Origin: Octopus vulgaris
Lineage: Eukaryota
Assembly (NCBI GenBank): GCA_951406725.2
Contig: OX597820.1
Span: forward strand, 58,528,001-58,592,000
Length of the DNA: 64,000 nt
Direction: 5' to 3'
Shown here: in pieces, positions 1 through 13,924 of the stretch
How the letters are laid out: every line of letters begins with the position of its first letter
Numbering within the stretch: position 1 is the first letter of the stretch
Position numbers and translations under genes: made by a program
The notes under the pieces: generated by a model
Database searches by the model: none
The model's input: only the letters and a program-made list of their open reading frames with translations
Told to the model about the DNA's origin: nothing

Positions 1-669
1 TGAGGAGGAGGCTAGTTGATTATATCAACCCCAGTATGCAACTGGTACTTAATTTATCGACCCCGAAAGGATGAAAGGCAAAGTCGACCTTGGTGGAATT
101 TGAACTCGGAACGTAAAGACAGACGAAATACTGCTAAGCATTTCGCCTGGCATCCTAACATTTCTGCCAGCTTGCCAACTTTCAGAACACGATCTTCTGC
201 ACTCATCAGTTATATGCATTCTTGCATAACAGTTCAAATCAGTAAATCTGTTGATGCTGCAGCTATTTCTGTGTGTATGTGTTTCTTTAGCTTGTCTGAG
301 ACGAGTAGATGTGATAGCATTCTAAGGTTGTTGTTGTAGTGGCTGGGTGTTTGGAAAGATTTTTTTTAGTTGCAACAAGGACTATGGAGGATTAAAGGTT
401 GCTGAGCAACGAACTACCCTACTCATGTCCAGAGGTCTTCTATTTTAATATTTCTGTTTCATTGTGTACAGGAACATGTGGCTGTGGTCTGTGTACAACT
501 GGTTTATAATGTGTTCCTTGTAGTTTATTATGGTTTGTTGTGGAGAGATTGAGGGCTCAGGTAGGACTTGCATTGTCCATGGTAGCTTCTCTCTGGAGAT
601 ATGCTGTGACTGCGAAGACCCAACAAATAACATGAGTTCATGGCTGTTTCTTGCACCAGCCTCAGCCCA

Positions 670-1062
670 TCCAAAGTACCTTGGATCGCAGGACGGCCTG
701 CTGTGCTTACCTTGGATCGTAGGGCAACCTGCTGTGCTTGAGGAGACCTATTGAGTCAAGTACATCAACATCAAAATAAAAATCAAATGGAAATTGTAGT
801 TGTGATACCTGTGCCGGTGGCATGTAAAAGAGCCATCCGAACATGGCTGATGCCAGCGCTGCCTTGACTGGCTTCCGTGCTGGTGGCACGTAAAAAGCAC
901 CCACCACACTCACGGAGTGGTTGGCATTAGGAAGGGCATCCAGCTGTAGAAACACTGCCAGATCAGACTGGGTCTGGTGCAGCCTCCTGGCTTCCCAGAC
1001 CCCGGTTGAACTGTTCAACCCATGCTGGCATGGAAAGCGGACGTTAAACGATGATGATGATG
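670..1062 (+). mobile_element. Abundant SINE with (GAT)n tail; further copies ~4100-4420, 8755-9295, 11790-12287, 14190-15000, 17611-17835(-), 20885-21207, 23470-23955, 25053-25530(-), 37560-37978, 56520-56718, 63898-64000(-)
   Basis: shared gccggtggcacgtaaaaagcacc modules, ggttggcattaggaagggcatccagctgtag, ccaacccatgctagcatggaaa..ggacgttaaacgatgatg. Confidence 0.9.
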
Positions 1063-1682
1063 ATTGTTTGTGCACCATTGTTGTTTCTTTCAGTCAGTCA
1101 AATGTAGTGATTCTAATTGCTCTAAGTATGTTTGTGCATCATTTTCTTTCCTTTACTGTGTCTTCTGTTTGTAGGCTATGATTATATTGACTGTGATGAT
1201 TGACTGTTTCTGCTGGTGAAAAGGAAGATGGTGGACTTAGTTGGTGCTGCTGTTATTATGTCTGTCATTGTGGAGTTAGATTTGTAGGTGACTTAAACAG
1301 GGTTGTAGTTGTTAGGCAGCAGTGTCTGGGAGCAACATAGAGGATGTCAGTGTCATATCATGTGTGTATAGAATCTATGTTCTGTGCACATATAAGAAAG
1401 TCTAGGTACAGGTTGAGATTTTGTTAAGGTACTGTGGATAATAATGAGGTATAAAGTTGAAAGATTTGCTGATGGCAATGACAGAATGGCATGCATAAGA
1501 GGATTTTATTGTGGATGTGTATGAATTTGATTGTTTATAGAGTGGGGAGGAGGTAGTTTAGTGTAGTAAAACAGTAACAATAATAACTAATAATAAAGTG
1601 CCGGTGGCACGTAAAAATCACCATTCGAGCGTGATCTGTTCTCAGTTCAGCTTCTCTATTTCTTTCTTCGTCATTTTCGCAG

Positions 1683-1731
1683 GACACCTTTTACGATGCT
1701 GGTAAGAACTATCTGCTGAGAATGTGCAATG
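1683..1731 (+). CDS. THOC1: THOC1 internal exon (first visible in window): DTFYDAGKNYLLRMCN
   Basis: ttttcgcag acceptor, gtaagt donor; peptide matches the conserved THOC1 segment NTFYSAGKNYLLRMCN; ends phase 1. Confidence 0.95.
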
Positions 1732-1972
1732 GTAAGTAACCTCTCAGTTATATTGAAAACCAGTAAAACCGTAGCCTTTGATTATATGTTTGCCTTTAAT
1801 GGTGCTGCTTCATTAAACTCTCCATGTATCAATGAACAGGAGAAAGATAACACTTGCTTATGAGATAATGCTAGCTGAGGATTGTATGAAATACCCTGAC
1901 TTGCCTTTTGTAGGTATACTCCATCTGTTTTTTTTTAAGTGTTACATATTTACTATATTAATATTATTATTA

Positions 1973-3630
1973 AGGCAGCGAGCTGGCAGAATTGTTCGCA
2001 CACCAGGCAAAATACTTCATGACATTTCATCCATTTTTACATTTTGAGTTCAAATTCCGCCAAGATTGACATTGCCTTTCATCCTTTTGGGGTCGATAAA
2101 TTAAATACCAGTGAAACATTGGAGTTGATGTAATCAACTAGTCCCCACCACCAAAATTTCAGGTCTTGTGCTTTTGATAGAAAGCATAATCATTATGTCA
2201 AGGGCAGTGAAGAGGCATAGTTGGTTGAACAGCGGATTAAATGCCTTATTAGTAGTTAGTTACATCTCTTTATATATCACCTTGCCTTTACATCTTACTT
2301 TGTCTTTCATTTATGTGGTGTCAGTAAGTACTAATTAAGTACTAGAATTGATTTGATCAGCTAGACACTTCTCTCAGGTCTTATGGTTTTGTGTTAATGT
2401 AAGAAATCATCATCATCATCTTTATTATTATTAAGGCGGTGAGCTGACAGGATCATTAGTTGCTTGTTTCTTCTCAAGCCACGCCTGGCTCATAGGGCCG
2501 GTTTCCTGGTTTCCTTGGCATATAGGTTCTCCACTTGGATGGGACGCCGGTCCGTTGCAGGTGAGCTGCAAGATGCAGGAGGAAAGAGTGAGAGAAAGTT
2601 GTGGCGAATGAATCAACAGAAGTTTGCCATTACCTTCTGCCGGAGCCGCGTGGAGCTTAGGTGTTTTGCTCATAAACACACACATCGCCCGGTCTGAGAT
2701 TCGAACCCATGGTCCCTCAACCACGAGTCCACTGCTCTAACCACTAAGCCATGTGCCTCTACAGGACCATTAGTACCCTGGACGAAAGGCTTAGTGATAT
2801 TTCTTCCAGCTCTTTATGTTCTGTGTTCAAATTCTGCTGAGGTCAATTTTGCCTTTATCCTTCCAGGGTCGATAAAATAAGTACCAGTTGAGCACTGGAT
2901 TCAGTGTAATCAATTTACCTGCCCCACGAAATTGCTGTCGTTGTGTTAAAATTTGAAACTATTGATATCATTATTAGGGTGGTGCACTGGCGGAATTGTT
3001 AGCATACTGGCCAAAATGTTTAGCAGCATTTGGTCCTGCTGTATGTTCTGAGTTCCATTTCTACCAACATCAATTTTGCCTTTCATCCTTTTAGGGTCAA
3101 TAAAATAAGTACTAGTGAAGTACTGAGTAATTGACTAGCCTCTCTCCTCCAAATTGTGCCTATAAGAGAAAGGATTATTGTTATTATTTTCATGAGGATG
3201 GTGAGCTGATGGAATTGTTAGCACAGCAGCATTTCCTCTGCTTTTATGTTCTGAGTTCAAATTTCACTGAAGTTGACTTTGCATTTCACCCTTTTGAGGT
3301 TGATGAAATAAGTACCAGTTGAGCACTCGGGTCAATGAAATTGACTAGCTCTGACCCCTAAAATTTCAGGCCATGTGCCGACAGAAGAAAGGATTATTAT
3401 TATTATCAAGGTAGCGAGCTGACAGAATCATTAGCACACTGGACGAAATGCTTAGTGGTATTTCGTCTGGCGCTACGTTCTGAGTTCAAATTCCGCCAAG
3501 GTCGACTTTGCCTTTCATCCTTTCAGGGTCAATAAATTAAGTATCAGTTGTGTACTGGGATCAATGTGATCGACTATCTCCCTTCCCCCCAAAATCCAGG
3601 CCTTGTGCTTATAGTAGAAAGGATTATTAT
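1973..3630 (+). mobile_element. Head-to-tail cluster of tRNA-derived SINEs (about 5-6 copies); other copies at 1-180(-), 26095-26720, 31895-32330, 51200-51330(-), 54915-55125
   Basis: repeated gagctggcagaat...ctgagttcaaattc...gcctttcatcctttcggggtcgataaa...agtaccag units ending in (ATT)n. Confidence 0.85.
2461..2760 (-). mobile_element. tRNA-derived SINE nested in another SINE
   Basis: A box tggcttagtgg and B box ggttcgaatc on the minus strand; 14-bp TSD acagga(t/c)cattagt at 2447-2460 and 2761-2774. Confidence 0.85.
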
Positions 3631-4765
3631 AATTTATCGTTTATTTACTGTACTTTGCTTGTCGTTTCTATATCTGTTATTTAGTCCCATATCAGCCCTA
3701 AATAAGCAGACCTATAACCAAAAGCATTAAATCCATTACCGTCTTGCGTTTTGAATCCACCATCAGAATTGATGTTGAGTATTTAGTTATGCAATCAACT
3801 GCACTACACACTTATTGAATTAATGTGTAAGTAGTTGAGTACTCTTAACGTAATTTTCAGGTAGAATCAGTGTGATACAATTTGGAACCAGACCTTTGAA
3901 TTACAAGTACAGGCCATCCAGTTTTCTTCCAGCTACCCAGTTTCACTCACAAGGTTAGATCAACCCAAATACATGGTAAAAGACACTCCCTTGCTCAAGA
4001 TTCCACAGTGGGATTGAACCAAGGTTTTTGTGTTTGCAAAATGAACTTCTTATTCATATGGCCATAACTGCACCCTCTTTTGTATATATAGAACTACAAT
4101 TTCCATGCGACCCAAAGTACCTTGGATTGCAGGACAGCCTGTTGTGCTTCCCTTGGACTGTAAGGCGACCTGCTGTGCATGAGGAGACCTATTGAGTCAA
4201 GTACATCAACATTAAAATAAAAATCAAATGGAAATTGTAGTTGTGATACCTGTGCCGGTGGCACATAAGAAGCACCATCCAAATGTGGCCAATGCCAGCA
4301 CCGCCTTGACTGGCTTCCATGCTGGTGGCACGTAAAAAGCACCAACCGATCGTGGCTGCTGCCAGCCTCCCCTGGCACCTGTGCCAGTGGTGCGTAAAAT
4401 TCACCCACTACACTCACAGAGTGAAGATAGTAGATTTTGATTTGAGATAGATTTGGCTGCTATTTCCTGCAAGTCGTTTGATAGCATAGAGGTTAGTCTT
4501 TGGCTTGAGATATATTTATACCGTTCTGCATGATGTGTTTTATCTTGGTGTGATGTTCATGTTTCAGTTCCTTAACCTCACACCTATATCACTCATTAAT
4601 TTGTCTTGCATGTTTTTACATGCTAACATGGGCTGGACAAATACATATTGAGGCATTGTTTTCCAACCAGATACCTGTGCCCATAGCCATGCATGTGTCT
4701 CTGACTGTGCATATGCCTATTGCTATGCTTGACCGATTTTATTTATTTATATATTTCAATTTCAG

Positions 4766-4861
4766 ATTTGCTTAGAAGACTTTCCAAATCTCAGAATACT
4801 GTGTTCTGTGGTCGGATACAGCTGTTCCTGTCTCGGTTATTTCCACTCTCTGAGAAATCAG
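4766..4861 (+). CDS. THOC1: THOC1 exon: (D)[31 protein letters not shown]
   Basis: ttcag acceptor, gtaaat donor; near-identical to vertebrate THOC1 as recalled; phase 1-1. Confidence 0.97.
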
Positions 4862-6166
4862 GTAAATTAATCAACATTAATCCACAGAATTTACATACTC
4901 ACCTCAGTGATTGTGAGTTTTAGTGTCAAGACAGGAGAACAACAAATATACAAAATTATACAAAAACAATTAACTCTTAAGCCTAAGGCAAACAAAACAT
5001 AGAAAAAATAACACAATATATTGAAGAGTAAGTTATCTCAGTGAAAAGAAGGAAAACTACAACAAACTGGTGACATTTGTGCAAGTATGTGCTGATGATT
5101 CCTCAGTTATAGAGGCCACTTCAGGGGTTTAGTTTACAAGTTATGAGATGATCACTAGTGCTGATGCTACAAAAATCACCCAGAACACTCTGTAATGCAG
5201 TTGGCATTATGAAGGGCATCAAGCCACAGAAATTACATTAACCCTTTATTCATATTGTTTTAAACTAACCATGAATAATCTCAATGCTTTGAGATTTCAA
5301 TGATATTGTTTGATTTTAGAATAGTAATGTAGGGTAGGTGTGAGAAGCTAGATCTGGTCAGTTTGAACAAAAAAACACAATAGAATATATTTGGACCAGA
5401 TATGGCCAGTTTGAATACTAAAGAGTGAAAGTGATTTCTGGTGTAGACTTCCTACTCATCAGACCCTATCAAACCATCCAATTCATGTTAGCTTGGAAGT
5501 TGGACATGTGTTGTTTACCTAGTAAGAATTTAAGAACTTTGAGAGAAATAAATCATTTTTAACAATGGAACTCAAAGGAGATAAAACTATGATAGCATAT
5601 AAATATGGGTTAAAAACGTTTTGAAAGAAAATAATTGAAGGCTGTCTGTGGGTCTTGAAGTCAGATGTTCTACCATTCTAACAAAACAATTCTTCAGATT
5701 TCTCTATCTATTTTACAAGCTTATCAGTAAGAACTGCATGTTGTTTATATCATAAGAATTCAGAAACTTTTAGAGACGTGAAATAAATCATTTTGAATGG
5801 TGGTACTCAAATACACTGCAAGCATTTTTTGTGGAGAAAACACTTTCCTTTCATTGTCGCAACTAATTGAGGATCTTAGAGATAGTAAAGTGACATCCTG
5901 TCCAGAGTGAGATCTATCTTCCTCTTAACACCATAAATCCAAGTGCTAAACTTTTGCTCTTGAAAGCTTCTAAAGTTTTGCAAACAAGTTTTACACATTG
6001 CATATTGTAGTCCACCCAGGTACTGTAGTAGATATGAATAGTTTCCAGTAATACCCTAAGAATTTAAGTGTTAACCATCATTCACCTTGAAAACTCCCTT
6101 AATTTCCTTTTTTTATGTCATCCTCGTCTATATCCTTATCTTTATTATCATTGATATTTGTTACAG

Positions 6167-6243
6167 CTTTGAACTTAATGAGTCAGTTTAATTTGGACAA
6201 TATCACTGTTTACAACACAAATCCAGAGGAATCTCGCTTAAAG
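6167..6243 (+). CDS. THOC1: THOC1 exon: (A)LNLMSQFNLDNITVYNTNPEESRLK
   Basis: ttacag acceptor, gtaaga donor; matches LNLQSQFNLENVTVFNTN; phase 1-0. Confidence 0.95.
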
Positions 6244-6993
6244 GTAAGATGACTTGCAGCATTGGTTCACTTCACAATGACACATCATCCATAATCCCTT
6301 CTAAAAGACCTTACAAAAATATTTCTCAATCCATGTCTTAATACCCACTGCATTTGATGTGTTTTATAAGTTAATGTCTTTCCAGACATTTTTCAAGTAA
6401 TCACTAATGATCTCTCATGGTGATCTAATATATAACTCTGCCAAAACTGCATTATGTAAACTAGGTTTCTCTTTAGTTCCAAGAAATACAAGAACAGAGG
6501 AGGAAGGGTAGTGCTATGATCTTTTGCTGAATCTCTTAGGCTTGGTGATGACCCAAGAGAAGATGAAGAGACTATGACTCCTATGTTAATAAATCAAGAA
6601 GCAGCACATCCTGATGTCTTCAGGATGGTTAACTGGTCCAAATTCAAGTAAAGCCACACAAGGTTCAAACGATGGTGTTGAATCAAATGACGGATCAGTT
6701 CTGCCACCTGAGAACAAGTTAGGTTTAGTCCATCCTACAAGCTTCTCCACAATTTCCATTTATCCAGTTCTGCTCAGAAATTTTGGTTTGACCTGAGACA
6801 GTGGCAGATCAGAGCCACTTGTTCCTTGAATTTTGTGTAAGTAACCTAAAATTCTATGCAGTGGAATTACACCCAGATTCATGTGACTATAAAATGAATT
6901 TCTTAACCACACAGGCACGACTCTGTCTGTTAGTAGTCTGATGCTCTGCTGATGTCTTTATTTTGTATAAATGATTACATTTCTTTATTTTAG

Positions 6994-7049
6994 AATGAGG
7001 TGAATGAAGATAGAATGGAATTCGATGCAGAAATGGAAGAAAATAACAG
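6994..7049 (+). CDS. THOC1: THOC1 exon, acidic linker: NEVNEDRMEFDAEMEENN
   Basis: ttttag acceptor, gtaaaa donor; phase 0-2 bridges the neighbouring exons; acidic linker as in EDREEGMDVEEGEM. Confidence 0.88.
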
Positions 7050-7647
7050 GTAAAACTATATCAACTGTTTGTGTTGTTTGTGGGATCTCTTTTTTTTTCC
7101 ATACATATTTCGACAAAAAATATAGAATTTTTTTTATCCGACTACAGTGCTTCTATATCTTCTTGCTTTTACATAATTTGCTTTATTTCCAGTCAGGCAC
7201 GCTGCTCTTATTTTTCAGTTGAATATTTTTTTTTTCTTTGTATCTCACACATTACTATTACACTCTGAAAAGCTTCAGTATTAGTTAAGGAAGGTACAGT
7301 GAATACAAATTTATTCAAAGACACAGTCTCCAGTCCTATAATTTATTAATGGTAATAATAATTATTTCTTATAAAAGTGTATATTGGTGTGGGAACATAA
7401 TAGCCAAAACAAATACTGCAAAACATTTTGTCCAATGTTCTAATGATTCTGCCAATACAAATAATATTTTCTCCTCATTCAACATGCCCATCCAAAAAAA
7501 AAAAAATAAAAGAACAACCAATTATCACTTAATTATATTTCTGGTTTGTATTAATTTATTGCTAACAGTATGTGTGTTTAATTTTACTTTACTTTTGGTT
7601 GGTTGTGTGTATATACTTAGTATCTGTTCTCTATTCTGTTTTTGTAG

Positions 7648-7756
7648 CAATGTACCTATTGACTTCAATCTGTACCGCAAGTTTTGGGCTTTACAAGATT
7701 TCTTCCGGAAGCCTCTTCTTTGTTATGAGAAAGTGGCATGGCTGACCTTTACATCA
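7648..7756 (+). CDS. THOC1: THOC1 exon: (S)NVPIDFNLYRKFWALQDFFRKPLLCYEKVAWLTFTS
   Basis: tttgtag acceptor, gtaagt donor; matches IPIDYNLYRKFWSLQDYFRNP; phase 2-0. Confidence 0.97.
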
Positions 7757-8557
7757 GTAAGTATTTTCTTTTTATATATACACTTATATACTTGGTGGTA
7801 CTTCTTTTTATGTCACAACATGGCTATTGTTTCTGTTCTGTGATAATAGCAATACAAGTAGTTAACAGTTCAGCAGGAATAAGAAAGAAACATGAGGGCT
7901 GATGTAGCCTTTTTTGCTTACAAGTTCGCCAAGGTGCTACTGTATGATACCTTGAGCTCATGTTATCTTCTATACCATAAATGCCTTGGTCAAATACAAA
8001 TGCCTTGTGACTTCTAGGTTATACACCTTTAGATGAACTTTGCTGTTCTGTCGACTGAAATGGGTATTTCCAATATGTGTGAAGTTGGGTTACTTGTGAC
8101 ATGATTATTCGTTAATGAAGTAAGGTACATAACTCTGCTTGTCTTAGCTTCCCTAACGGAGCAAAATATAGGCTTTACTGTTAGTAGTAGGAAAGATGGC
8201 TAAGTGTATAACCAATTGCTTCAACATAAACCATCCAAGCGAAGAAGGGAAAAGGGATCTAAAACGATTCAACATACACCAATATATATTTATATGACCA
8301 ACAGACACTGGAAAAAAGGGAGAGGAGCGAAGTGTTGTTATTATATCCACAAATAACATGTTACTTGATTTGGGTTGGTGCCTATTTTTTCATCAGAACA
8401 TAGTGTTGTTTGAATTTTTATGTCTTATGCTTGTTTTCTGATCTGTAGTCCATGGGCTCATGCTTTACCATTGCCATATAAATTATGGTGACTGTCTTCA
8501 TCAGTGACATTGAGCTTGGTAGGAAGACATTGTTTGTATTGTTTCTTCTCTTTGTAG

Positions 8558-8689
8558 AATGCCAATGAAGTGCTCACAGCATTTTCTAGTTACAAGCTTG
8601 ACGATATGAAATCCCCTCGCAAGAAACTCAACCGCTCATATCTTAAGGAAACTCAGACTTATTTTGCCAAATACTTGACCAGTGAAAAG
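8558..8689 (+). CDS. THOC1: THOC1 exon: NANEVLTAFSSYKLDD...YFAKYLTSEK
   Basis: tttgtag acceptor, gtaagt donor; conserved SYKLDD and YFAKxLTSEK; phase 0-0. Confidence 0.97.
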
Positions 8690-10151
8690 GTAAGTTCATT
8701 TTCTGTATTTTCATTTCTCCTCATCAAAACACATGCATACAATCATATATATAGAAGACTCAGCAAACCAAGTGAGAACATAACCTCGTGGTCTATGCCG
8801 GAGATGTAACCAGCCCACTTATATGTACCTTTCCCTCATTGGACACTAAACTCTGCTTGTGAAGACCTGTTGAGGCAAGTGAAATCAAAATCAAATTCGA
8901 TGACTGGCATCCGTGCTAGTGGAGCGCTAAAAGCACCATCTAAGCATGATTGTTGCCAGAGCAGCTAACTGGCTTCAATGCTGGTGGCATGTAAAAAGCA
9001 CCATTCGAGCATGATCGTTACCAGCGTTACCTTATTGGCACGTGCAAAAACATTTGAGCGAGGTCATTGCCACTGCTGCTGGACTGGCTCCTGTGCAGGT
9101 GGCATGTAAAACACCATTTGAGCATGACCGTTGCCAGTACTACCTGAGTGGCCCTTGTGCCGGTGGCATGTAAAAGCACCCACTACACTCTCGGAGTGGA
9201 TGGTGTTAGGAAGGGCAGCCATCTGGTTTGCCAGTCCTCAGTCAAATCGTCCAACCCATGCTAGCATGGAAAGTGGACGTTAAACAATGATGATGATATA
9301 TACATGCATACATACGCACGTACGTATGTACATAGATACAAACATACATCATTACCATCATTTAACATCCAGCTTCCCATGTTTGCATGGATCAGAAGCT
9401 ATCTGTTGAGGCAGGATGCTCTTCCTGTTTCTTAGCAAAATAATATTTCCTCATGGCCAGGCATGTGTATTTCCGAATATTGTAAATAAATAACACTGTA
9501 TGACAGTAACAATCATTTATAACTATCACGTAATGTGAAGACAAGCAGACACACACACACACACACACACATTTTGGTTAACTCAGAGCTGTAGTGGAAA
9601 ACACTTGTCCAATGTGTCACACTGTGAAACTGAACACAAAACCACATGGTTGGGAAGCAAATTTCTCAGCCACACAGCAATGCCTACTCCATCAACATTT
9701 TTTTGTATATCAGAATCTACATTGTCCATGTCTCCCCTTGTTATTGTTTGACCCCAGGTCAATCCAGATTGAGTAGGCCTATCTTCAAAGACATTCCAAC
9801 CATAACTATCTTGTCTTTTATTTTAAACATTGTCTTAAACTACATTACCCTAGTGATATCTTTCTTCATGTTAGATGCTAAAGTGTGATTTGAGGTAAAT
9901 TTAGCTGTTGTTTTTAGTAAGTCAAGTGATCTCAGAAGCTTCTTTGTTAAAGTGCACACTGCAATTTGAGGGAGGTTTGGTTTCTGGATCTAGCAGGTTG
10001 TGTCAGAATGCAGAAGCTTCCTCATTGCCTCGTTTTCACTCTGTGTAAAATAATGGCATTGTTGTCTCTCTCCTTTTATTTATGAACATTGTCTCTTTTT
10101 GTGTGGTGCAGCTGAATTGAGTATAATTCTTCTTTCATTTTCACATTGCAG

Positions 10152-10252
10152 TTACTCGATCTACAGCTCTCAGACAGTAATTTCCGGAGATATGTGCTAG
10201 TACAGTTCCTGATTCTCGTCCAATACCTGAATGCTCCTGTCAAGTTTAAAAA
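10152..10252 (+). CDS. THOC1: THOC1 exon: LLDLQLSDSNFRRYVLVQFLILVQYLNAPVKFK
   Basis: ttgcag acceptor, gtaagt donor; conserved DLQLSDSNFRR; phase 0-2. Confidence 0.97.
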
Positions 10253-11413
10253 GTAAGTCAGCTGCTGAAACAGCATGCTTGTGTGCACACACACACACAC
10301 ACACACAAACACAAACACAAACACAAGATGTGCTTGACTATGATCTTTGAGACAGTGATTTCAAATTTCTACATTATTGTTTTATTTGATTGCCTGTCAT
10401 TATGTCCATTATGTTCTTTTTATAAATATATATATATATATATATGATCATCTTATGTTCCTTTTATTTATATTGGCATATGTGGATCTGTCTTGCCATC
10501 TCTCAGCACAGTCTGCAATTTCTGAAACACAACATAGTGGGCCAGTGTTCTCTGTTGCCTAGCAACACACAGCTACATTGAAGACTGACCAGCTTGGTGG
10601 TTGTGTACAGCTGGGTGCATTCTATCATCTTTATTGTGCCACCTTCTTAGTCTAGGCACAGACAACAGACCTGCAATTTGTAAAGTCCCACATCTTGATC
10701 ATGCATTTCATTTTTACATGTACTGGTGTTAGGAAGGGCATCCAGCCATAGAAAACATGCCAAAGCAGATGCTAAAGTCTAGTGCAGTCCTCTGGCTAGC
10801 CAGCTACTGCCAAACTATCCATCCCATACCAGCATAGAAAACATATGTTAAATAATGATGATGATGATATACTGGGGTCATTTTTATTGTGCTACCAGAT
10901 TTAGAGAGGAATTGTCTGCCACAAGACTAAATAATCCTCTCTCCTTCTTGTCATGTTTTATTCAGTGCTTTCCTTGAACAGTAGTCTAGGATGTGGCTTG
11001 TGAATCCACATTTTGTTTGTACATTCAAGTGAAACCCTCATTCATAAAAACCAATGTTAGATTTATCATTGACAGAATCTACCTAGAATCATCATCATCA
11101 TCGTCCTTTTTGACATCCATTTTCCTATACAATCATAGGTCAGACTGAGTTTATTGGGGTGGATTTTCTGTGGCTGAACATCCTTCCTGCCTCCAACCTT
11201 CACCTGTTTTCAAGTAAGGGAATATTTCTCAATGACTAGACATTTTCACAGTAAATTGGAAATAAAGTACACCACTTGCTTGATGGTGACATTTGCTTAC
11301 AATTATCACACAATGTCAAGGAGAAATTACACACACACATACACTCACATAAATGTTTATACGTCATAAAAAAATGGTTTGTATTTTATTATTCTCCACT
11401 TTGATTCCTTCAG

Positions 11414-11531
11414 TGCCAACTGTGCCCTGTCTGAAGAACAAAATGTTTGGATTAAAACAACAGAAGACTGGGTTTACCAACTACTTAAAGAAACACCTCC
11501 TGATGGAGAGGCATTTGCCAAATCTATACAG
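11414..11531 (+). CDS. THOC1: THOC1 exon: (N)ANCALSEEQNVWIKTTEDWVYQLLKETPPDGEAFAKSIQ
   Basis: ccttcag acceptor, gtaagc donor; matches VYQLLSENPPDGERF; phase 2-0. Confidence 0.96.
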
Positions 11532-11740
11532 GTAAGCATTTCATTTCTGTTACTTTTTTTTTAACTCCCATTTTTCCATGCTAGCATGGGTTGGACAGGA
11601 TATTTTGAGGCTGTGTTTGATGATGCCCTTTATTATAACATCCTATTTTGTTGCCTTTTACCTCACACATATGCACTTACACTATATATACTTATTCTAA
11701 AGACCAGGATACACATGGTATATATATATATATATATATA

Positions 11741-13770
11741 CACTGCATTTCAATTATTAATGACGCACCCTTTTTTATATTTTATTTAAAAGCTACTTGG
11801 AATTCAATGGAATTTCCACTGGCACCCGGCAGTTGCCAGGACCGCTGGACTGACTCCTGTGCAGGTGGCAAGTGAAGAAACACCATTTCGTCCCTGTGCT
11901 TGAGGAGATCCATTGAGTCAAGTACACCAACATCAAAATCAATGGAAACTGCAGTTGTGATCCCTGTGCCGGTGGCACGTAAAAAAGCACCATCTGAACG
12001 TGGCCGATGCCAGCGCCGCCTAGACTGGCTTCCGTGTCAGTGGCACGTAAAATGCACCAATCCGATCATGGCTGTTGCCAGCCTCACCTGGCACCTGTGC
12101 CGGTGGCACGTAAAAAGCACCCACTACACTCACGGAGTGGTTGGTGTTAGGAATGGCATCCAGCTGTAGAAACACTGCCAGATCAGACTGGAGCCTGGTG
12201 CAGCCTTCTGGCTTCCCAGATCCCCGGGATCGTCCAACCCATGCTAGCATGGAGAACGGACGTTAAATGATGATGATGATGATGATGTTGGCAACAGTTA
12301 TATGTGCGTGGTATGCACAAGTGTAAACAAACCATGGCTATTTGCATGATTTCCACAAACTTTCAGTGTTCCAAATTATTAATGAGTGGTCTGATAATCA
12401 TGTAATTATGGGTTGTAAATGTGACTTAACTGCTTCAGAGAAATCTCTTATTACTTCTGAACTTGCAAAATGTAAATCAGCATTAGAAATATCTAAAATA
12501 ATTAGAAGGTATCACCAAACTGTGAAAAAAAATTTGTTACAGCTCCTACAAAGATATGTAAGAGAACCAACAGGGGTCAGTCGAGAGCTGTTTCTCAACG
12601 TTTTGTCATGGATTAAGTGTGAAGCTTTAAAGAACCCAGGTTTTACAACTGGAGAACATTTCAAGTACCTCAGCAAAACAACTGTGTTCAGAACTACCTG
12701 ATGTCGTCTTCTGAAAAAATGTTGGTAAATCAGTGACATCAGTTAAAAGGCTTTCTTTAAACAAAATCCATATACAAAATCGTCTGAAAGGGCAGAAGAT
12801 AACATGATGGTTGACTTTTCAAAATTTTTGTTTATGGATGAAATTTGTATTATTCTTGATGGACCTGATGGTTGGAGCAAGGGATGGGTTATAAGTGAAT
12901 GGAATCACCGTCAACCTTTGAGATGCCAACAAGGTGGAAGAGGCATCATGATTTGGGCAGGTATTATGGTTGGTCCTTGAAAAGTACCTGTTGGTGTTAA
13001 AATGATTGTGGATACTTATATACCCTTTCTGAGGGAACACCTTGAACTTTGATTAAAAAAAGCAAAGTATCACCTTCAAGACAACCACAATATTCATGCA
13101 AGATAATGTGTCCTCACACTCAGCAAAGAAAACTACAGAGTATCTGCAACAATTAGGCTCCTGTGGACCTCTGAAGATGAAGTGACTTGCCTGTTCCCCC
13201 TGACTTAAATCCAGTAGAAAACTTGTGGAGTATTCTAAAGCAACAAGTTTATGAGAATGGATGCCAATTTAGGAGCAAGGATGAACTGTGGCAGGCAACA
13301 GTGGATGTATTTTGTGGTATGACATCAGAAGAAATCCAGAAATTAGCATGTTCCATGGATCAGCACCTTTTCCAACTTATTTCAAACAAAGGCTCATATA
13401 TCCATTACTAACCAGCTCACATATTTTTGAATGCAGCTTTTTGCTTATTTCTATTTCTTCCCTCTTTATGACTATGTATTCATTTCATTATGTGCTTCAA
13501 ATAATTAAATTGGTATTGTCTTGTTTACATGAGTTTTAATTATAACTTGCTAATAATTTGAAACAGTGAAAGTTTACATAAATTTGGTAAATGGCCATAG
13601 TTTCTGTGTTGTTTTATGGAACCTCACATTCTTTTACACACCATGATGATGATGATGACCATGTATATATAATTGTTGCCAGCCAGCATTCTGTGATAAT
13701 TTTGTTGAATTCCAACAAGTAGTTTTTAAATAAAATTTTAAAATGTTGCATTGTTAATAATTTGAAACGT
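11741..13770 (+). mobile_element. Degenerate Tc1-family DNA transposon with IR/DR-type ends, interrupted by a SINE
   Basis: TA then cactgc end; HTH start MGCKCDLTASEK (12408), FMDE, IMIWAG, FMQDN, PDLNPVENLWSILK motifs with stops and frameshifts. Confidence 0.85.
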
Positions 13771-13792
13771 AAACGATGATGATGATGATGAA

Positions 13793-13848
<56 letters not shown>

Positions 13849-13887
13849 TACATATATATATATACATATATACATATATATATATAC

Positions 13888-13924
<37 letters not shown>

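Noticed and set aside
5090-5135. Minus-strand ctgaagtggcctc..gagg motif
   Set aside because: Core deviates and there is no GAAA/stem III
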